Assembly: GCA_024655965.1 (NCBI GenBank)
Contig: JANLFL010000002.1
Span: forward strand, 115,129-179,128
Reading direction: 5' to 3'
DNA: 64,000 bases
From: Caldisericota bacterium
GTDB taxonomy: Bacteria; Caldisericota; JANLFM01
Shown here piece after piece: positions 28,121 to 38,667 of this stretch. Position 1 is the first letter of the stretch. The number at the start of each line of letters is the position of its first letter. Below the pieces are notes generated by a model. It was not told the DNA's origin. It searched no databases and saw only the letters and a list, made by a program, of their open reading frames with translations. The translations under genes and the position numbers were made by a program.

Positions 28121-29852
28121 GACCGTTGAGGGCTTTCATTCTTTCCCTGAAGAGGTACTCCTTTCCTGAAGTATAAAACGCTCCTTCCCAGGGCAGGGAC
28201 TCGCCCTTATCCCGTTTCCGGTAAAGGTAGAAAGAGGGATCAATCCCGCAGGCCCCAAAAGCTTTTTCCCACCTTTCGAAGGAGAAGTGGTCACTCCAGG
28301 CATCAAGCCTGGAGCCAAATTCCCAGGCTTTCTGGATCACTTCCGCCACCCTCCTGTCCCCTCTGGCGATCACTCCCTCAAGGAAACTGAGCTCCTCCAT
28401 TTGCCCTCCGACCTCGATCCCTCTTTGTTCAAGCCTGGATCGGATGTAGTGCCTTTTTCTTTTCAGTTCCTTTAGCTCCTCCATCCTTTCCCACTGAAAC
28501 GGGGTCTGGGGTTTGGGGACAAATCCGGAGCAGGAGACGGAAAGACGAGCTCTGGGGTTTCCGCTTTTCGCCAATTTGTTCAACTTTAAAACCAGGTCAA
28601 CAATTCCCTCAATGTCCGCCTCGGTTTCCCCTGGAAGCCCCACCATGAAATACAGTTTTATTTTTGAAAAACCGCTCTCTGAGGCGAACTTGACCGCTTG
28701 AAAAATATCCTCCTCAGAGATCCCTTTTCCGATGAGATCCCTCATGCGTTGGGTTCCCGCTTCGGGGGCGAAGGTCAAGGTGATATTGCTCCCCATTGAA
28801 AGCCGGGCAATTTTCACGGAAAAGGAATCCACCCTCAGAGAGGGAAGGGAAACCTGAACCTTCCTTTTATCCAGTTCGGGCTTCAGCAAGGAGAGGACTT
28901 CCTCAAGCCAGGGATAATCACAGGAAGAGAGGGAAACCAGGCCCAGTTCCTCCCAGCCGGTGTTCTTAAGAATTTCCAGGGCTTGATTGATGACCGTTTC
29001 CGGCTTCTTAAACCTCCTCGGGCGATAAACGAAACCCGCCTGGCAAAAACGACAACCCCGAACGCATCCCCGAAAGAGTTCCACCTGCGCCCGGTCGTGA
29101 ACGGTTTCGATCCCGGGAAGGATGGGTCTGGTGGGAAAAAAAGCGGAATCAAGGTCGGAAACCCTCCGGCTCTTTACCGGCCACCTCCCCCCTTCAATTT
29201 CCCAGCCTTTAATCAAACCCGAATCGGAGAAAAGTGGTTTATACAATGCCGGGACATAGACCCCTTCGATCTGGCTCAATTTTAAATAAAGGTCTGACCT
29301 TTCCCTGATTTTCCCTTTTTTGTAATCCAGGACCGTCCGGGCGATTTCCAAGGCCGCGTCCTCTCCATCCCCCAGAAGCAGGGCATCAAAAAAAGGGGCC
29401 ATTGGTTCCGGATTTGCGGTGCAGGGACCTCCGGCAACCACGACCGGATCCCCCTTTCCACGCTCTTCCGCCCTGAGGGGAATCCCACCCAATTGAAGCA
29501 TATTCAGGACCTGGGTGAACGTTAGTTCGTATTGGAGGGAGAATCCCACCAGATCGAAATCCTTGAGGGGGGTCCTGCTTTCCAGGGAAAAAAGGGGGAG
29601 GCCGAATTCTTTAAGTTTTTCCTCAAGGTCGAGACCGGGAGCGAAGGCCCTCTCGCACCAGATGTCCTTCTCCAGATTTAACCTGTGATAGATTATGGAG
29701 ATCCCCAGGTTAGACATCCCCACCTCGTAAAGATCGGGATAACAGATTACAGCCCGAAGGGGTACCCCTGGATCCTTGTGGATGGAGTTCAGCTCCCAGC
29801 CTTGATATCGGCCGGGCTTTTTTACGGAAAAAAGGATACGCTCAAAGGTCAT
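28113..29852 (-). CDS. B12-binding radical SAM protein (TIGR03960 family)
   Basis: KP.RY.G.E.NS, YPDLYEVGMSNLG, RGCVRGCRFCQAG, APEAG and KLYFM.GLP; ATG 29852 coupled to the rodA stop. Confidence 0.88.
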   Translation of the reverse strand: MTFERILFSVKKPGRYQGWELNSIHKDPGVPLRAVICYPDLYEVGMSNLGISIIYHRLNLEKDIWCERAFAPGLDLEEKLKEFGLPLFSLESRTPLKDFDLVGFSLQYELTFTQVLNMLQLGGIPLRAEERGKGDPVVVAGGPCTANPEPMAPFFDALLLGDGEDAALEIARTVLDYKKGKIRERSDLYLKLSQIEGVYVPALYKPLFSDSGLIKGWEIEGGRWPVKSRRVSDLDSAFFPTRPILPGIETVHDRAQVELFRGCVRGCRFCQAGFVYRPRRFKKPETVINQALEILKNTGWEELGLVSLSSCDYPWLEEVLSLLKPELDKRKVQVSLPSLRVDSFSVKIARLSMGSNITLTFAPEAGTQRMRDLIGKGISEEDIFQAVKFASESGFSKIKLYFMVGLPGETEADIEGIVDLVLKLNKLAKSGNPRARLSVSCSGFVPKPQTPFQWERMEELKELKRKRHYIRSRLEQRGIEVGGQMEELSFLEGVIARGDRRVAEVIQKAWEFGSRLDAWSDHFSFERWEKAFGACGIDPSFYLYRKRDKGESLPWEGAFYTSGKEYLFRERMKALNGHE

Positions 29853-30982
29853 TTTTCCGGAAAGAAGAGGAACTTTCTCTTGTGAAGGACCACGGAAAAA
29901 ATTAACCCGATCAAGAAAAAATTCAAAAGAACGTTGTTTCCCCCATAGGAAAAGAAAGGAAGCCAGATTCCGGTCACGGGCATGACCCCCACTGTCATCC
30001 CGATGTTCACGAAAACATGGCAAATCCAGAGGCTCACCGCTCCAATCACAATCAGCCTCCCGTAAATGTCCTCTGCCTCCTGAGCGATTTTTAAGGAGAG
30101 GTAAAAAAGGAGTCCGTAAAGGGCCAGGAGCAGGGTGACGCCCACAAAACCCAACTCCTCGGCAAGGACGGCAAAAATGAAATCTGAGTGCCTCACAGGC
30201 AAAAATTGCAACTGCTTCTGGGTTCCCTGAAGATAACCTTTTCCCAAAAACCCCCCCGAGCCGATGGTGACGATCGATTGTCTGAGGTTATACCCGATTC
30301 CTAAGGGGTCGATATTCGGATTGAAAAGGACCAGAAACCTGTTTTTCTGATAATCGTGGAGGAACTGCCAGAGGATGGGGAAGCTCAAAAGAAGGCTCCC
30401 AAAAAAGCCCAGGACATATTTCCAATTGAATTCCCCGAAATAGGAAATGGCGAGAAAGATGAAAAGAAGGACGATCGCCGTTCCCAGGTCAGGCTGTTCA
30501 AAGGTGAGGACGGTGGGGATCAAAACAAGGACCAGGCAGCGGAAAAATCGGGAAGGCTCTGATATCCCTTCTTTTCGTGTCCCCACCTCCCTGGCAAGAA
30601 TGAGGACCAGGGCTGCTTTGGCAAGTTCGGATGGCTGGATGGCAATCGGACCAAGGAAAAGCCACCTCTGGGCTCCGAAAACTTCTTTTCCCAGGATCAG
30701 CACAACCACCAGCAGGATGAGCACGAGGCCGTAGAAAGGGTAAGCAAGCTTCAGCCAGAAATGGTAGTCAACAAAAGCGAGGATCGCCGCAATTACAATT
30801 CCTGCCGCAATGAAACCCAGTTGCCAGAAAAAGGCTGATCTACCTGTTTCGTAGCTTGAAGCGCTGTACAAAACGAAGAGGCCGTAGATTACCAGAGCCA
30901 GACAGGTCAGGATCAGAGCCCAATTTAAGTTCCGCCAGATCTTTCTAATGCTGGAAGCCCTCAAGAAGGTGCTTTCTTTCAA
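29849..30982 (-). CDS. rodA: Rod shape-determining SEDS protein RodA
   Basis: GAQRW, IQPSE.AK, QPDLGT, H.DFIF..LAEE.G, PVTG..LPF.SYGG. Confidence 0.93.
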   Translation of the reverse strand: MKESTFLRASSIRKIWRNLNWALILTCLALVIYGLFVLYSASSYETGRSAFFWQLGFIAAGIVIAAILAFVDYHFWLKLAYPFYGLVLILLVVVLILGKEVFGAQRWLFLGPIAIQPSELAKAALVLILAREVGTRKEGISEPSRFFRCLVLVLIPTVLTFEQPDLGTAIVLLFIFLAISYFGEFNWKYVLGFFGSLLLSFPILWQFLHDYQKNRFLVLFNPNIDPLGIGYNLRQSIVTIGSGGFLGKGYLQGTQKQLQFLPVRHSDFIFAVLAEELGFVGVTLLLALYGLLFYLSLKIAQEAEDIYGRLIVIGAVSLWICHVFVNIGMTVGVMPVTGIWLPFFSYGGNNVLLNFFLIGLIFSVVLHKRKFLFFPEK

Positions 30983-32727
30983 GGCGTGGTCACCTCTGGT
31001 GAAAAGAAGACTTTGAGCAGTTCGTGGGCGAATGGGGCGAGGTAACTGCCGTAAGGCAGTTTGGAATATTCGTCCATGATCACCACCACAATTTGAGGGT
31101 TCTCAACCGGGGCGTAAGCGGCAATCCAGATGTCCTGTTTTTCAGAAGTGATCTGCGCTGTCCCCGTTTTGGCCGCCACGGAAACCCCCTCCAGTTTTAT
31201 TTTCTGGGTAGTCCCCCGATCTGCGGCCCTAACCATCCCCTCCCTGATGTAAGAGAGGGTTTCCTGGGAAATGGGGATTTGGGACTTGACCACCGGAGGT
31301 ATGGTTTGAAGGAGGGTCCCGTCGTAAGTTCTGATCTCCTTAACCAAATGGGGAACGTAAAGGGTGCCCCCGTTGGCGATGGTCGCATAAAGGTTGGCCA
31401 GGCCAAGAGGGGTTACGAGCACATCCCCCTGCCCGATTCCCATGTTCGCCGTATCGCCCGGATACCACTGCTCCCCGGTGACCCTTTCCTTCCAATCGGG
31501 ATCGGGGATGACTCCCCTGGCTTCCTCGGGAAGATCGACCCCCGTAAACCCGTCGAGGTTGAAGATCCTGGCCCACTTGGCCATCTTCTCCGGTCCCACC
31601 TCTAAAGCCAAGGTGTAGAAGAAGACGTTGCAGGAATTGGCAATTGCCTCAATCAGGTCCTGCTCACCGTGCCCGGAAGTCTGCCAGCAGTAGAAAATAC
31701 GGTCGCCGATAATCTTGTACCCCGGGCAAACCACCTTGAAAGTTTTGGGATCTATCACCTTCTCCTCAAGGGCGGAAATAGTGGTGATGACCTTGAAAGT
31801 GGAGCCGGGAGGGAACCTGTCCTGAGTGCACTTGGGGATCAGGGCTTGAGATTCAAGGAGGGCATTATATTCCTTCTGAGAAATCCCTTTTACGAACTGG
31901 TTGGGATCAAAGTCAGGGGTTGAAGCCATTGCCAGGATTTCCCCATTTCTGGGATCCAAACAGACAATGGCCCCATTCATCTGGTTTTCAACCAGGATCT
32001 GGCGCGCTTTCTCCTGGAGTTTCTGGTCGATGGAGAGGATCAGGTCGTTCCCGGGTTTTGGCTCAATTTCGTAAAGGACCTTAATCGGTTGCCCCAAAGC
32101 GTTAACCATGATGACCTGCTTTCCCTTCTCCCCTTTCAGGTAGTCCTCGTAGTACCTTTCAAGGCCGGTTTTCCCGATGGTGTCGCCCCCCACATAACCC
32201 TTTTCCCCTAGGGAGGAGAGCTCCTCCCGGGAGATTTCCCCCACATAACCCACGATGTGAGAAAAAAGGTTATTGAAGGGGTAAACCCTCTTCGGTTCAA
32301 CCTGGAGGATCACCCCCGGAAGCTTGAGGTGCTGTTCCTCAATTTTTTGGGCAACGTCCTCCCCCAGCCCCGAGCGCAGGGAATAAGGTTCCCAGGGAGG
32401 AAGGGAATTCTCGGACAATTTCGCCCGAATTTCCTCGACCGGCATGGAGAGGATGGAGGAAAGGACAGGAAGGGCTTCCTCTTTGAAATCGTCGGGGACG
32501 ATTTTTACCGAGTAGGTGGGTTGGTCCTTTGCCAGGCAGACACCGTTCCGGTCGTAGATCGCCCCCCTGATGGCCGGGGTGGAAACCAGTCTGGTCCGGT
32601 TCTCCTCAGACTGAACCTGGAACTCCTCGCCCTTAACCACCTGAAGGTAGAATAACCTTCCCCAGAGGACGAAGAGGACAAAAAAGCATAAAAGGGCGAA
32701 GGCCAGGAAGGGCTTTTTCCACTTCAT
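30979..32727 (-). CDS. mrdA: Penicillin-binding protein 2
   Basis: RG.IYDRNG, GYVG, G..GLE..Y, SxxK (STFK), SCN and KTG motifs; mre synteny. Confidence 0.93.
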   Translation of the reverse strand: MKWKKPFLAFALLCFFVLFVLWGRLFYLQVVKGEEFQVQSEENRTRLVSTPAIRGAIYDRNGVCLAKDQPTYSVKIVPDDFKEEALPVLSSILSMPVEEIRAKLSENSLPPWEPYSLRSGLGEDVAQKIEEQHLKLPGVILQVEPKRVYPFNNLFSHIVGYVGEISREELSSLGEKGYVGGDTIGKTGLERYYEDYLKGEKGKQVIMVNALGQPIKVLYEIEPKPGNDLILSIDQKLQEKARQILVENQMNGAIVCLDPRNGEILAMASTPDFDPNQFVKGISQKEYNALLESQALIPKCTQDRFPPGSTFKVITTISALEEKVIDPKTFKVVCPGYKIIGDRIFYCWQTSGHGEQDLIEAIANSCNVFFYTLALEVGPEKMAKWARIFNLDGFTGVDLPEEARGVIPDPDWKERVTGEQWYPGDTANMGIGQGDVLVTPLGLANLYATIANGGTLYVPHLVKEIRTYDGTLLQTIPPVVKSQIPISQETLSYIREGMVRAADRGTTQKIKLEGVSVAAKTGTAQITSEKQDIWIAAYAPVENPQIVVVIMDEYSKLPYGSYLAPFAHELLKVFFSPEVTTP

Positions 32728-33227
32728 AGCACCGCAACCTTCCTTTGAGGAAGGGTCTTTAGCATCCACCGGGAAGGGAAGTAGAAGACGGGGGCGATAA
32801 GGATTGTATAGAAGAGATGCCAGAAAAACCGGGGGAAAAATATCCCCCAGGAGAGGGGATAGCCCCCAATGAAAATCAAAAGAGCGAAAGAGAGCTGGAA
32901 GAGAAAATCAAAACCACCAACCAGGATCAGCCAGCTCCCGAAACCCCGATGGAAGAAAATCCTCTTCCAGGAACTGAAAAGGGCAGAAAAAATTAAAAAG
33001 AGGAGCATGTTCAGCCCGAAAAGGGAAGACGAGGTCAAATCCAGGAAAAAACCGGCAAGTGCGGAAAGGCCAAAAATGAAGGGCAGGTTTTCGGAATAAA
33101 GGATCAGGGAAACCAGAAAGGGGATGAAAATGGAGGGAGCGGAAGAGGGGAAGACAAAATCGATGAAGGATGACTGGAGGAGGGCCAGGAGGATGAAAAG
33201 GAGAAAATAGAGGGCAAAGGATTTCAT
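32724..33227 (-). CDS. mreD: Rod shape-determining protein MreD
   Basis: Hydrophobic 167 aa protein between mreC and mrdA; G..LDL......GLN. Confidence 0.85.
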   Translation of the reverse strand: MKSFALYFLLFILLALLQSSFIDFVFPSSAPSIFIPFLVSLILYSENLPFIFGLSALAGFFLDLTSSSLFGLNMLLFLIFSALFSSWKRIFFHRGFGSWLILVGGFDFLFQLSFALLIFIGGYPLSWGIFFPRFFWHLFYTILIAPVFYFPSRWMLKTLPQRKVAVL

Positions 33228-34036
33228 TCTTTCGGGCCCACAACTACAAGGACGAAACGCAAATCTGAAAATTCTGCCTGGGGAACGATTGTCGCCCTCA
33301 AGTGCAGGGATCCCCTGGAGAAAACTTCCTTGATCTTCCCGATCACCAGCCCCGGGGGGAAAATTCCTCCCTCCCCGGAGGTGACGACCAGATCACCAGC
33401 CTTCATCTGGGTTTCCTTAAGAAGCCTCTCCAGGTAACAGCCACCTGCGCCGTCCCCCTTGACAACAGCGAGTTCCCCTGTTCCCTGGATTTTGGAAGAA
33501 ACAAAGGAGTTGGGATCGGTAATGGGGAGAACCCGGGAACGGTGAGGGTAAACTTCCACAATCTGACCAGCAAGCCCCCCATTAGGCGCAAGTACAGGCA
33601 TTTGCTCTTTGATTCCCTCATCCGCCCCCAGGGAGATCAGAAAGCTATTTTCAAAAAGACCGGAATCTCCTGAAACAACAGAGGCGGCCACCGTCTCCAG
33701 GTTGGTCAGGGAATTCTTCAATCCCAGAAGGGCTCTCAGGGACTCGTTCTCCTTTTTTGCCTCCTCGGCAAGGGCTTTCTCGGCAAGAAGCTGGCTGTTT
33801 TCTTGCTTCAACCTCTCCATTTCCCCTGAGAGAGAGGATAGCTGGGCCAGGTTGTGCCAGGTGGCGGAGACCCACTCCCCAAAAGCCACAAAGGGCCTGC
33901 TCAAAAAAGAAAAAAGGGAGGAAAAACCATCCCTCAGCCAGGACCCCAGAGGAAGATGGGCAAAAGACAGGATGATGATGAAAAGGACAAGGCAAAGGAG
34001 GAGAAGGAAAACCCTCCGGCTTAAATTTCCCCTCAT
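33224..34036 (-). CDS. mreC: Rod shape-determining protein MreC
   Basis: TM helix, coiled coil EN..LR.LL, GD.VVTSG.GGIFP.G..IG. Confidence 0.93.
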   Translation of the reverse strand: MRGNLSRRVFLLLLCLVLFIIILSFAHLPLGSWLRDGFSSLFSFLSRPFVAFGEWVSATWHNLAQLSSLSGEMERLKQENSQLLAEKALAEEAKKENESLRALLGLKNSLTNLETVAASVVSGDSGLFENSFLISLGADEGIKEQMPVLAPNGGLAGQIVEVYPHRSRVLPITDPNSFVSSKIQGTGELAVVKGDGAGGCYLERLLKETQMKAGDLVVTSGEGGIFPPGLVIGKIKEVFSRGSLHLRATIVPQAEFSDLRFVLVVVGPKE

Positions 34037-34042
34037 AAAACT

Positions 34043-35074
34043 TTAAGCCCGCTTGCTTAAAGCGAGGACCTGTCTTAATGTGTCAAGGTTTTCGAGGACT
34101 TTTCCCGCTCCCATCACCACGCAGGACAAGGGGTCCTCGGCAACTAGCACCGGGAGCCCCAGGGCGTCGGAGAGGAAACGGTCCAGACCGTAGAGCAAAG
34201 CCCCCCCTCCCGTGAGCATTATTCCCCGGTCAACGATATCCGCAGCAAGTTCCGGTGGGGTCGTCTCCAGGCAGGCCTTGATCGCATCGAGGATCACGCC
34301 AAGTGGCTCGGTGATCGAGTGGCGGATCTCTTCCGAGTCCACGGTTATTGACTTGGGAAGACCGGTGACAAGGTCGCGACCCGAAACCTCATGGGTCCGG
34401 ACCTCTGGGAAAGGAAAGGCGCAGCCAATCCTGATTTTTACCTCCTCCGCGGTTCGCTCCCCGATCATCAGATTGTAGTTTTTGCGGATGTAAGTGAGGA
34501 TTGCCTCGTTCATCTCGTCCCCGCCAACTCTAACCGACTTGGTAGCCACCATCCCCTTCATGGAGATCACCGCGACTTCGGAGGTTCCTCCTCCCAGGTC
34601 AACGACCATCGATCCGGTGGCCTCCACCACAGGGAGCCCCGCTCCTATGGCAGCAGCCATGGGCTCCTCTATTAGAGAAGCTTCTTTTGCCCCGGCGTGG
34701 ATGGCGGCATCGAGGACCGCTCTCTTTTCAACTTCGGTAACCCCAACCGGTATCCCCACAAGAACTCTGGGCCCCACGCGGAAGAACCCCTGGTTATCGA
34801 GTGCTTTGGAGATGAAATACCTGAGCATTTTCTCGGTGATGTCGAAATCCGCAATTACCCCGTCTTTTAAGGGCCTGATAATCGTGATATCCGCAGGCGT
34901 CTTCCCTGCCATGCGCCTTGCCTCCTGGCCAACAGCAAGGACAGTGTTGTTCCGGTAAACTGCAACCACTGAGGGCTCGCGGACGACAATCCCCTTTCCT
35001 TTTACATATACCAGGCTGTTCGCTGTCCCTAAGTCAATCGCAATATCTTTTTGAAGAAAAGAGAATAGTCCCAT
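34043..35074 (-). CDS. mreB: Actin-like MreB
   Basis: IDLGTAN, EPSVVA, PLKDGVIADF, EEPMAAAIG, DLGGGTSE and LTGGGALL. Confidence 0.97.
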   Translation of the reverse strand: MGLFSFLQKDIAIDLGTANSLVYVKGKGIVVREPSVVAVYRNNTVLAVGQEARRMAGKTPADITIIRPLKDGVIADFDITEKMLRYFISKALDNQGFFRVGPRVLVGIPVGVTEVEKRAVLDAAIHAGAKEASLIEEPMAAAIGAGLPVVEATGSMVVDLGGGTSEVAVISMKGMVATKSVRVGGDEMNEAILTYIRKNYNLMIGERTAEEVKIRIGCAFPFPEVRTHEVSGRDLVTGLPKSITVDSEEIRHSITEPLGVILDAIKACLETTPPELAADIVDRGIMLTGGGALLYGLDRFLSDALGLPVLVAEDPLSCVVMGAGKVLENLDTLRQVLALSKRA

Positions 35075-35079
35075 TCCGC

Positions 35080-35655
35080 CTACTCTACTTTCATTCCTAT
35101 TTTTTTCAAGAGCATGTGCAACCTGTACAAAGGTAAACCTACCACATTATAAAAGCAACCTTCAATCCTTTCGACGAAAACAGCAGCCTTGCCCTGAATG
35201 GCGTAGGCCCCCGCTTTTCCAAGGGGCTCACCCGATTTAACGTAATTTTCTATCTCCCGGTCTTCCAGTTCCCGAAAATAAACGAGGGTCTCCTCAAAAT
35301 CCGTGAGGATCTGGGAGGTCTCCGTATCAAGAAGGGCGAGCCCGGTTAAGACCCGGTGTTTTTTCCCGGACAGTTTTTTGAGCATTGAGAAGGCCTCATC
35401 CGGGTCTTTTGGCTTCCCCAGAAATTCCGAATCCAAAACCACTATGGTGTCGCACCCCAGGACGATGCCGCTTTTTACTTGAGAGGCCCCTTTGATCGCT
35501 TTATCCAGGGCAAGGCGCTGACAGGCCACCTCCGGGAGCTCCCCGGGCAAGATTTCTTCTTTAACCCTGGAGGGAATAATGGAAAAATCCCATCCAAGAA
35601 GTTTAATCAAGCTCCTCCTCCTGGGGGAGGAGGATGCCAGGAACAGTTTCTTCAT
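35080..35655 (-). CDS. maf: Maf nucleotide pyrophosphatase
   Basis: LASSSPRR, KA, DTIV, GKP, KAGAY.IQG and NVVGLP. Confidence 0.93.
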   Translation of the reverse strand: MKKLFLASSSPRRRSLIKLLGWDFSIIPSRVKEEILPGELPEVACQRLALDKAIKGASQVKSGIVLGCDTIVVLDSEFLGKPKDPDEAFSMLKKLSGKKHRVLTGLALLDTETSQILTDFEETLVYFRELEDREIENYVKSGEPLGKAGAYAIQGKAAVFVERIEGCFYNVVGLPLYRLHMLLKKIGMKVE

Positions 35656-35656
35656 C

Positions 35657-35899
35657 TCAGATTAAGGAATAGAGGTAAAGCCCAAGCAAAATCCCAAGGG
35701 CGCTTCCCAGAGTCAGTTTTATGGAGATCCCGAAGGTTAAGGTGAGCACTACCAGATCGAGGGTGGCGGGGCCGAAGGAAGCGGTGAGCCCGTAATCCAT
35801 GAAAGGCAAAATGTCCTTAAGGGCATGGCTCACCAGGCTTCCGATTATTGCCCCCAGGACCAGAAACAGAATGAGCAGGCCCACCCTCAGGTTGCGCAA
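35657..35899 (-). CDS. DUF4321-like small membrane protein
   Basis: 80 aa with two hydrophobic segments and LDL.V..LTFG; typical position upstream of maf. Confidence 0.7.
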   Translation of the reverse strand: MRNLRVGLLILFLVLGAIIGSLVSHALKDILPFMDYGLTASFGPATLDLVVLTLTFGISIKLTLGSALGILLGLYLYSLI

Positions 35900-35900
35900 A

Positions 35901-37292
35901 TCACCATTTGGCCTCCAGATATTTCAGGATATGCTCCACGGCGATTTTCCCCTCTCCCATTGCGGAAATGACCGTGGCTCCTCCGGAAATGACATCCCCA
36001 CCAGCAAAAACTCCGGGCCTGGTGGTCTTTCCCGTCTTCTTGTCCACAAGGAGCGTCCCGTGGGGGGTCATTTTGAGCCCGGGGGTGGTCATGGAAATCA
36101 GGGGGTTTGGGGTTGTCCCGATGGCGATCACCACGATATCAACTTCGATTTCGAAGTTCGACCCGTCGATGGGGATAGGTTTCCTTCTTCCGGAGGAGTC
36201 CGGCTCACCAAGTTGCATTTTTATGCATTCCAGACCGGCGACGTTCCCGGAGTCCTCTATCACTCTAATGGGAGCCGTCAACCAGTGGAATTCCACTCCC
36301 TCCTCCGCCGCATGGTGATACTCCTCCCTTCTTGCGGGCATCTCTTCGAAGGACCGGCGGTAAATGATCATCGACTTCTCCGCTCCCAACCTCAATGCGG
36401 TGCGGGCGCAGTCCATGGAGACATCTCCCGCGCCAATGACCGCGACTTTCTTTCCTCTCTTCGTGGGGGTGTCGTATTCGGGGAAAAGGTAAGCCTTCAT
36501 CAGGTTCGAGCGGATCAGATATTCGTTGGCGGAGAAGACCCCGTTGAGGTTCTCCCCGGGGATGTTGAGGAGCTGTGGAAGGCCAGCGCCCGTCCCCAAA
36601 AATACCGCCTCATACCCTTCCCCGAAAAGGTCGTCGATGGTGATTGTCCTACCGACGAGGACATCGAGTTTCACCTCAACCCCCAGGCGTTTTACGTAGT
36701 CGGCTTCTGCGGCAACGATCTTCTTGGGGAGACGAAATTCAGGAATTCCGTAAACGAGTACCCCTCCTTCCTTGTGAAGGGCTTCGAAAAGGGTAACCTG
36801 GATACCTGCGCGGGCAAGGTTCCCGGCCACGGTCAGGCCAGCCGGGCCAGCTCCCACAACCGCCACTTTTCTCCCCACGGGCTCGGGAAGAGGGGGGATT
36901 TCCACTCCGTGCTCCAGTTCCCAATCCGCGGCGAAGCGCTCGAGCTTTCCGATGTTGATCGGATCTCCCCTTTTTCCCATCACGCAGGGCTGTTCGCATT
37001 GCCTCTCCTGGGGGCAAACCCTTCCAGCGATCGCCGGAAGGTTGTTCCAGCGCTTCAATTCCCTGATTGCTTCCATGAATTCCCGCTGGGCGATGTGCTT
37101 GATGAACTTGGGGATATCGATGTTTACCGGGCAACCAGTTCGACAGGGAGGATTCTTGCACTGCAAGCACCTCTTGGCTTCGGCAACCGCTTCCTCCTCA
37201 TTGTATCCCAAAGCAACCTCGTTAAAATTCCTCACCCTTTCCTGGGGTGATTGTTCTCGAACGGGGATCCTTTTGAATTCTACGGGAGTCAT
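35901..37292 (-). CDS. nfnB: NfnB (GltD/SudA-like large subunit of electron-bifurcating transhydrogenase)
   Basis: ER..NF.EV..G, CLQC..PPC..GCP, GRVCPQE.QCE, G.GPAG, YGIPEFRLP and FAGGD. Confidence 0.88.
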   Translation of the reverse strand: MTPVEFKRIPVREQSPQERVRNFNEVALGYNEEEAVAEAKRCLQCKNPPCRTGCPVNIDIPKFIKHIAQREFMEAIRELKRWNNLPAIAGRVCPQERQCEQPCVMGKRGDPINIGKLERFAADWELEHGVEIPPLPEPVGRKVAVVGAGPAGLTVAGNLARAGIQVTLFEALHKEGGVLVYGIPEFRLPKKIVAAEADYVKRLGVEVKLDVLVGRTITIDDLFGEGYEAVFLGTGAGLPQLLNIPGENLNGVFSANEYLIRSNLMKAYLFPEYDTPTKRGKKVAVIGAGDVSMDCARTALRLGAEKSMIIYRRSFEEMPARREEYHHAAEEGVEFHWLTAPIRVIEDSGNVAGLECIKMQLGEPDSSGRRKPIPIDGSNFEIEVDIVVIAIGTTPNPLISMTTPGLKMTPHGTLLVDKKTGKTTRPGVFAGGDVISGGATVISAMGEGKIAVEHILKYLEAKW

Positions 37293-38125
37293 TTGGCACC
37301 TCTTCTTTCCAGATAGCGTTCAAGGGCGGCTTTCTCCTCAGCTTTGTAGACCGAAAGCCGGGAGAGAAGGTGGTCGAAATCAACCTTGTGGGCATCGAAA
37401 TCTGGGCCGTCCACACAGGTGAACTTTGTCTTTCCATCGATCATCACCCGGCAAACCCCGCACATTCCCGTTCCATCGACCATCATGGCGTTCAGACTGG
37501 CAATGGTTGGAATTCCCGAAAGGGCGGTCACCTCGGCAACCTTCTTCATCATGATCGCGGGGCCTGCGGTGAAAACCATGTCCACCTTCGTCCCCCGGGA
37601 TATAACCTGCTTCAGGAGATCCGTGGTAAAACCGTGAAAACCGAAAGAACCATCGTCAGTGGAAATCAGTACTTCATCTGAAACCGAGCGCATGCGATCC
37701 ACCCAGAAGAGCAGGTTTTTAGATCGAGCGCCCATGCAGGTGATGACCATGTTTCCGGCCTCCTGGAGGGCGCGGGCTATGGGGAAAAGGGGGGCAGTGC
37801 CAACACCACCAGGGACGCAGACAACGATGCCGAATTTCTCGATGTGGGTGGGCTGCCCCAGGGGCCCCAGGAGGTCAAGGAGTTGATCTCCCTCCTCCAG
37901 TTCTCCCAATTTCATGGACGTCACGCCGACCTCTTGAAAGACGATGGTTACAGTTCCGGCATTTGGTTTCCAGTCTGCAAGGGTAAGGGGAATGCGCTCA
38001 CCTTCCTCTCTGACCCTGACCACAACGAATTGCCCGGGTTTCGCCTTGCGTGCAATAAGGGGGGCATGAACCTCGATTAGTTTGATCGAAGGAGCGAGTT
38101 CCTCCTTCCGCAAAATCCTGAACAA
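37289..38125 (-). CDS. nfnA: NfnA (SudB/PyrK-like small subunit)
   Basis: PGQFV, GERIPLT, GPLG, TDDGS.G, MVDGTGMCG.CRV...CVDGP.F [2Fe-2S] motif. Confidence 0.9.
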   Translation of the reverse strand: MFRILRKEELAPSIKLIEVHAPLIARKAKPGQFVVVRVREEGERIPLTLADWKPNAGTVTIVFQEVGVTSMKLGELEEGDQLLDLLGPLGQPTHIEKFGIVVCVPGGVGTAPLFPIARALQEAGNMVITCMGARSKNLLFWVDRMRSVSDEVLISTDDGSFGFHGFTTDLLKQVISRGTKVDMVFTAGPAIMMKKVAEVTALSGIPTIASLNAMMVDGTGMCGVCRVMIDGKTKFTCVDGPDFDAHKVDFDHLLSRLSVYKAEEKAALERYLERRGAK

Positions 38126-38138
38126 TTGAAGACCTCCT

Positions 38139-38660
38139 TTACTTTAAGCGTTGGACTTTGAAGCGGTAAATTTTATATGGTTCCGTTTCCAGAATCCCGG
38201 CCTTTCTGCGGGCGATTTCCAGTTGCTCTTCGACCGTATCCACTCCTTCGAGATCGGGGAGGAGGACCCCTTTCCTCCAGCCGCTTTCCACTATTACTCC
38301 GTAGGCCCTGGGGTCAAGTTCATCCAGGGATTTCACTGGTTCCGGAGGGGAGAGCACATCCACGGAGATCTCGAGTTCCGGAACCTCGGAGATATGAACT
38401 GGCGGAAAGCGTGGGTCCTGGGTGGCTGCGGAAATGGCGTTTCTTTGTACCTCTTCCTCTAAGGTGGGGGATTGGGGGGAAAGGGTGCCAATGCAACCCC
38501 GGAGCATCCCTCTTTTCTTCAAGGAAACGAAGGTGGCGGCTTTTTGGGGCAACCCTTCAGGATGAGGGATCCCCGGGCGGGAAACTTTTCCGGTTTTTAG
38601 GTATTCCTCGATCGTCCTGCGAGCTAATTTGACTAAAGGGTGTTCCTCTGACTTTGCCAT
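38139..38660 (-). CDS. amrA: AMMECR1 / AmmeMemoRadiSam system protein A
   Basis: FVSL...G.LRGCIGT, NAISAA..DPRF, G.LLP, A.RKAG. Confidence 0.88.
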   Translation of the reverse strand: MAKSEEHPLVKLARRTIEEYLKTGKVSRPGIPHPEGLPQKAATFVSLKKRGMLRGCIGTLSPQSPTLEEEVQRNAISAATQDPRFPPVHISEVPELEISVDVLSPPEPVKSLDELDPRAYGVIVESGWRKGVLLPDLEGVDTVEEQLEIARRKAGILETEPYKIYRFKVQRLK

Positions 38661-38667
38661 GCTCACA

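Noticed and set aside
28113-30023. Extended N-termini in the ORF track (also 7259, 26363, 38777, 45445, 48566, 59000)
   Set aside because: They overlap neighbouring genes or promoters; downstream starts fit the RBS, coupling and family N-termini better.
35799-37250. Long antisense ORFs (483 aa here; also 14717-15751 and 17778-18740)
   Set aside because: They are shadows of well-supported genes on the opposite strand and carry no recognisable motifs.
35901-37292. Glutamate synthase small subunit (gltD) call
   Set aside because: It is paired with an NfnA/SudB-type gene and has no gltB neighbour, so NfnB fits better.
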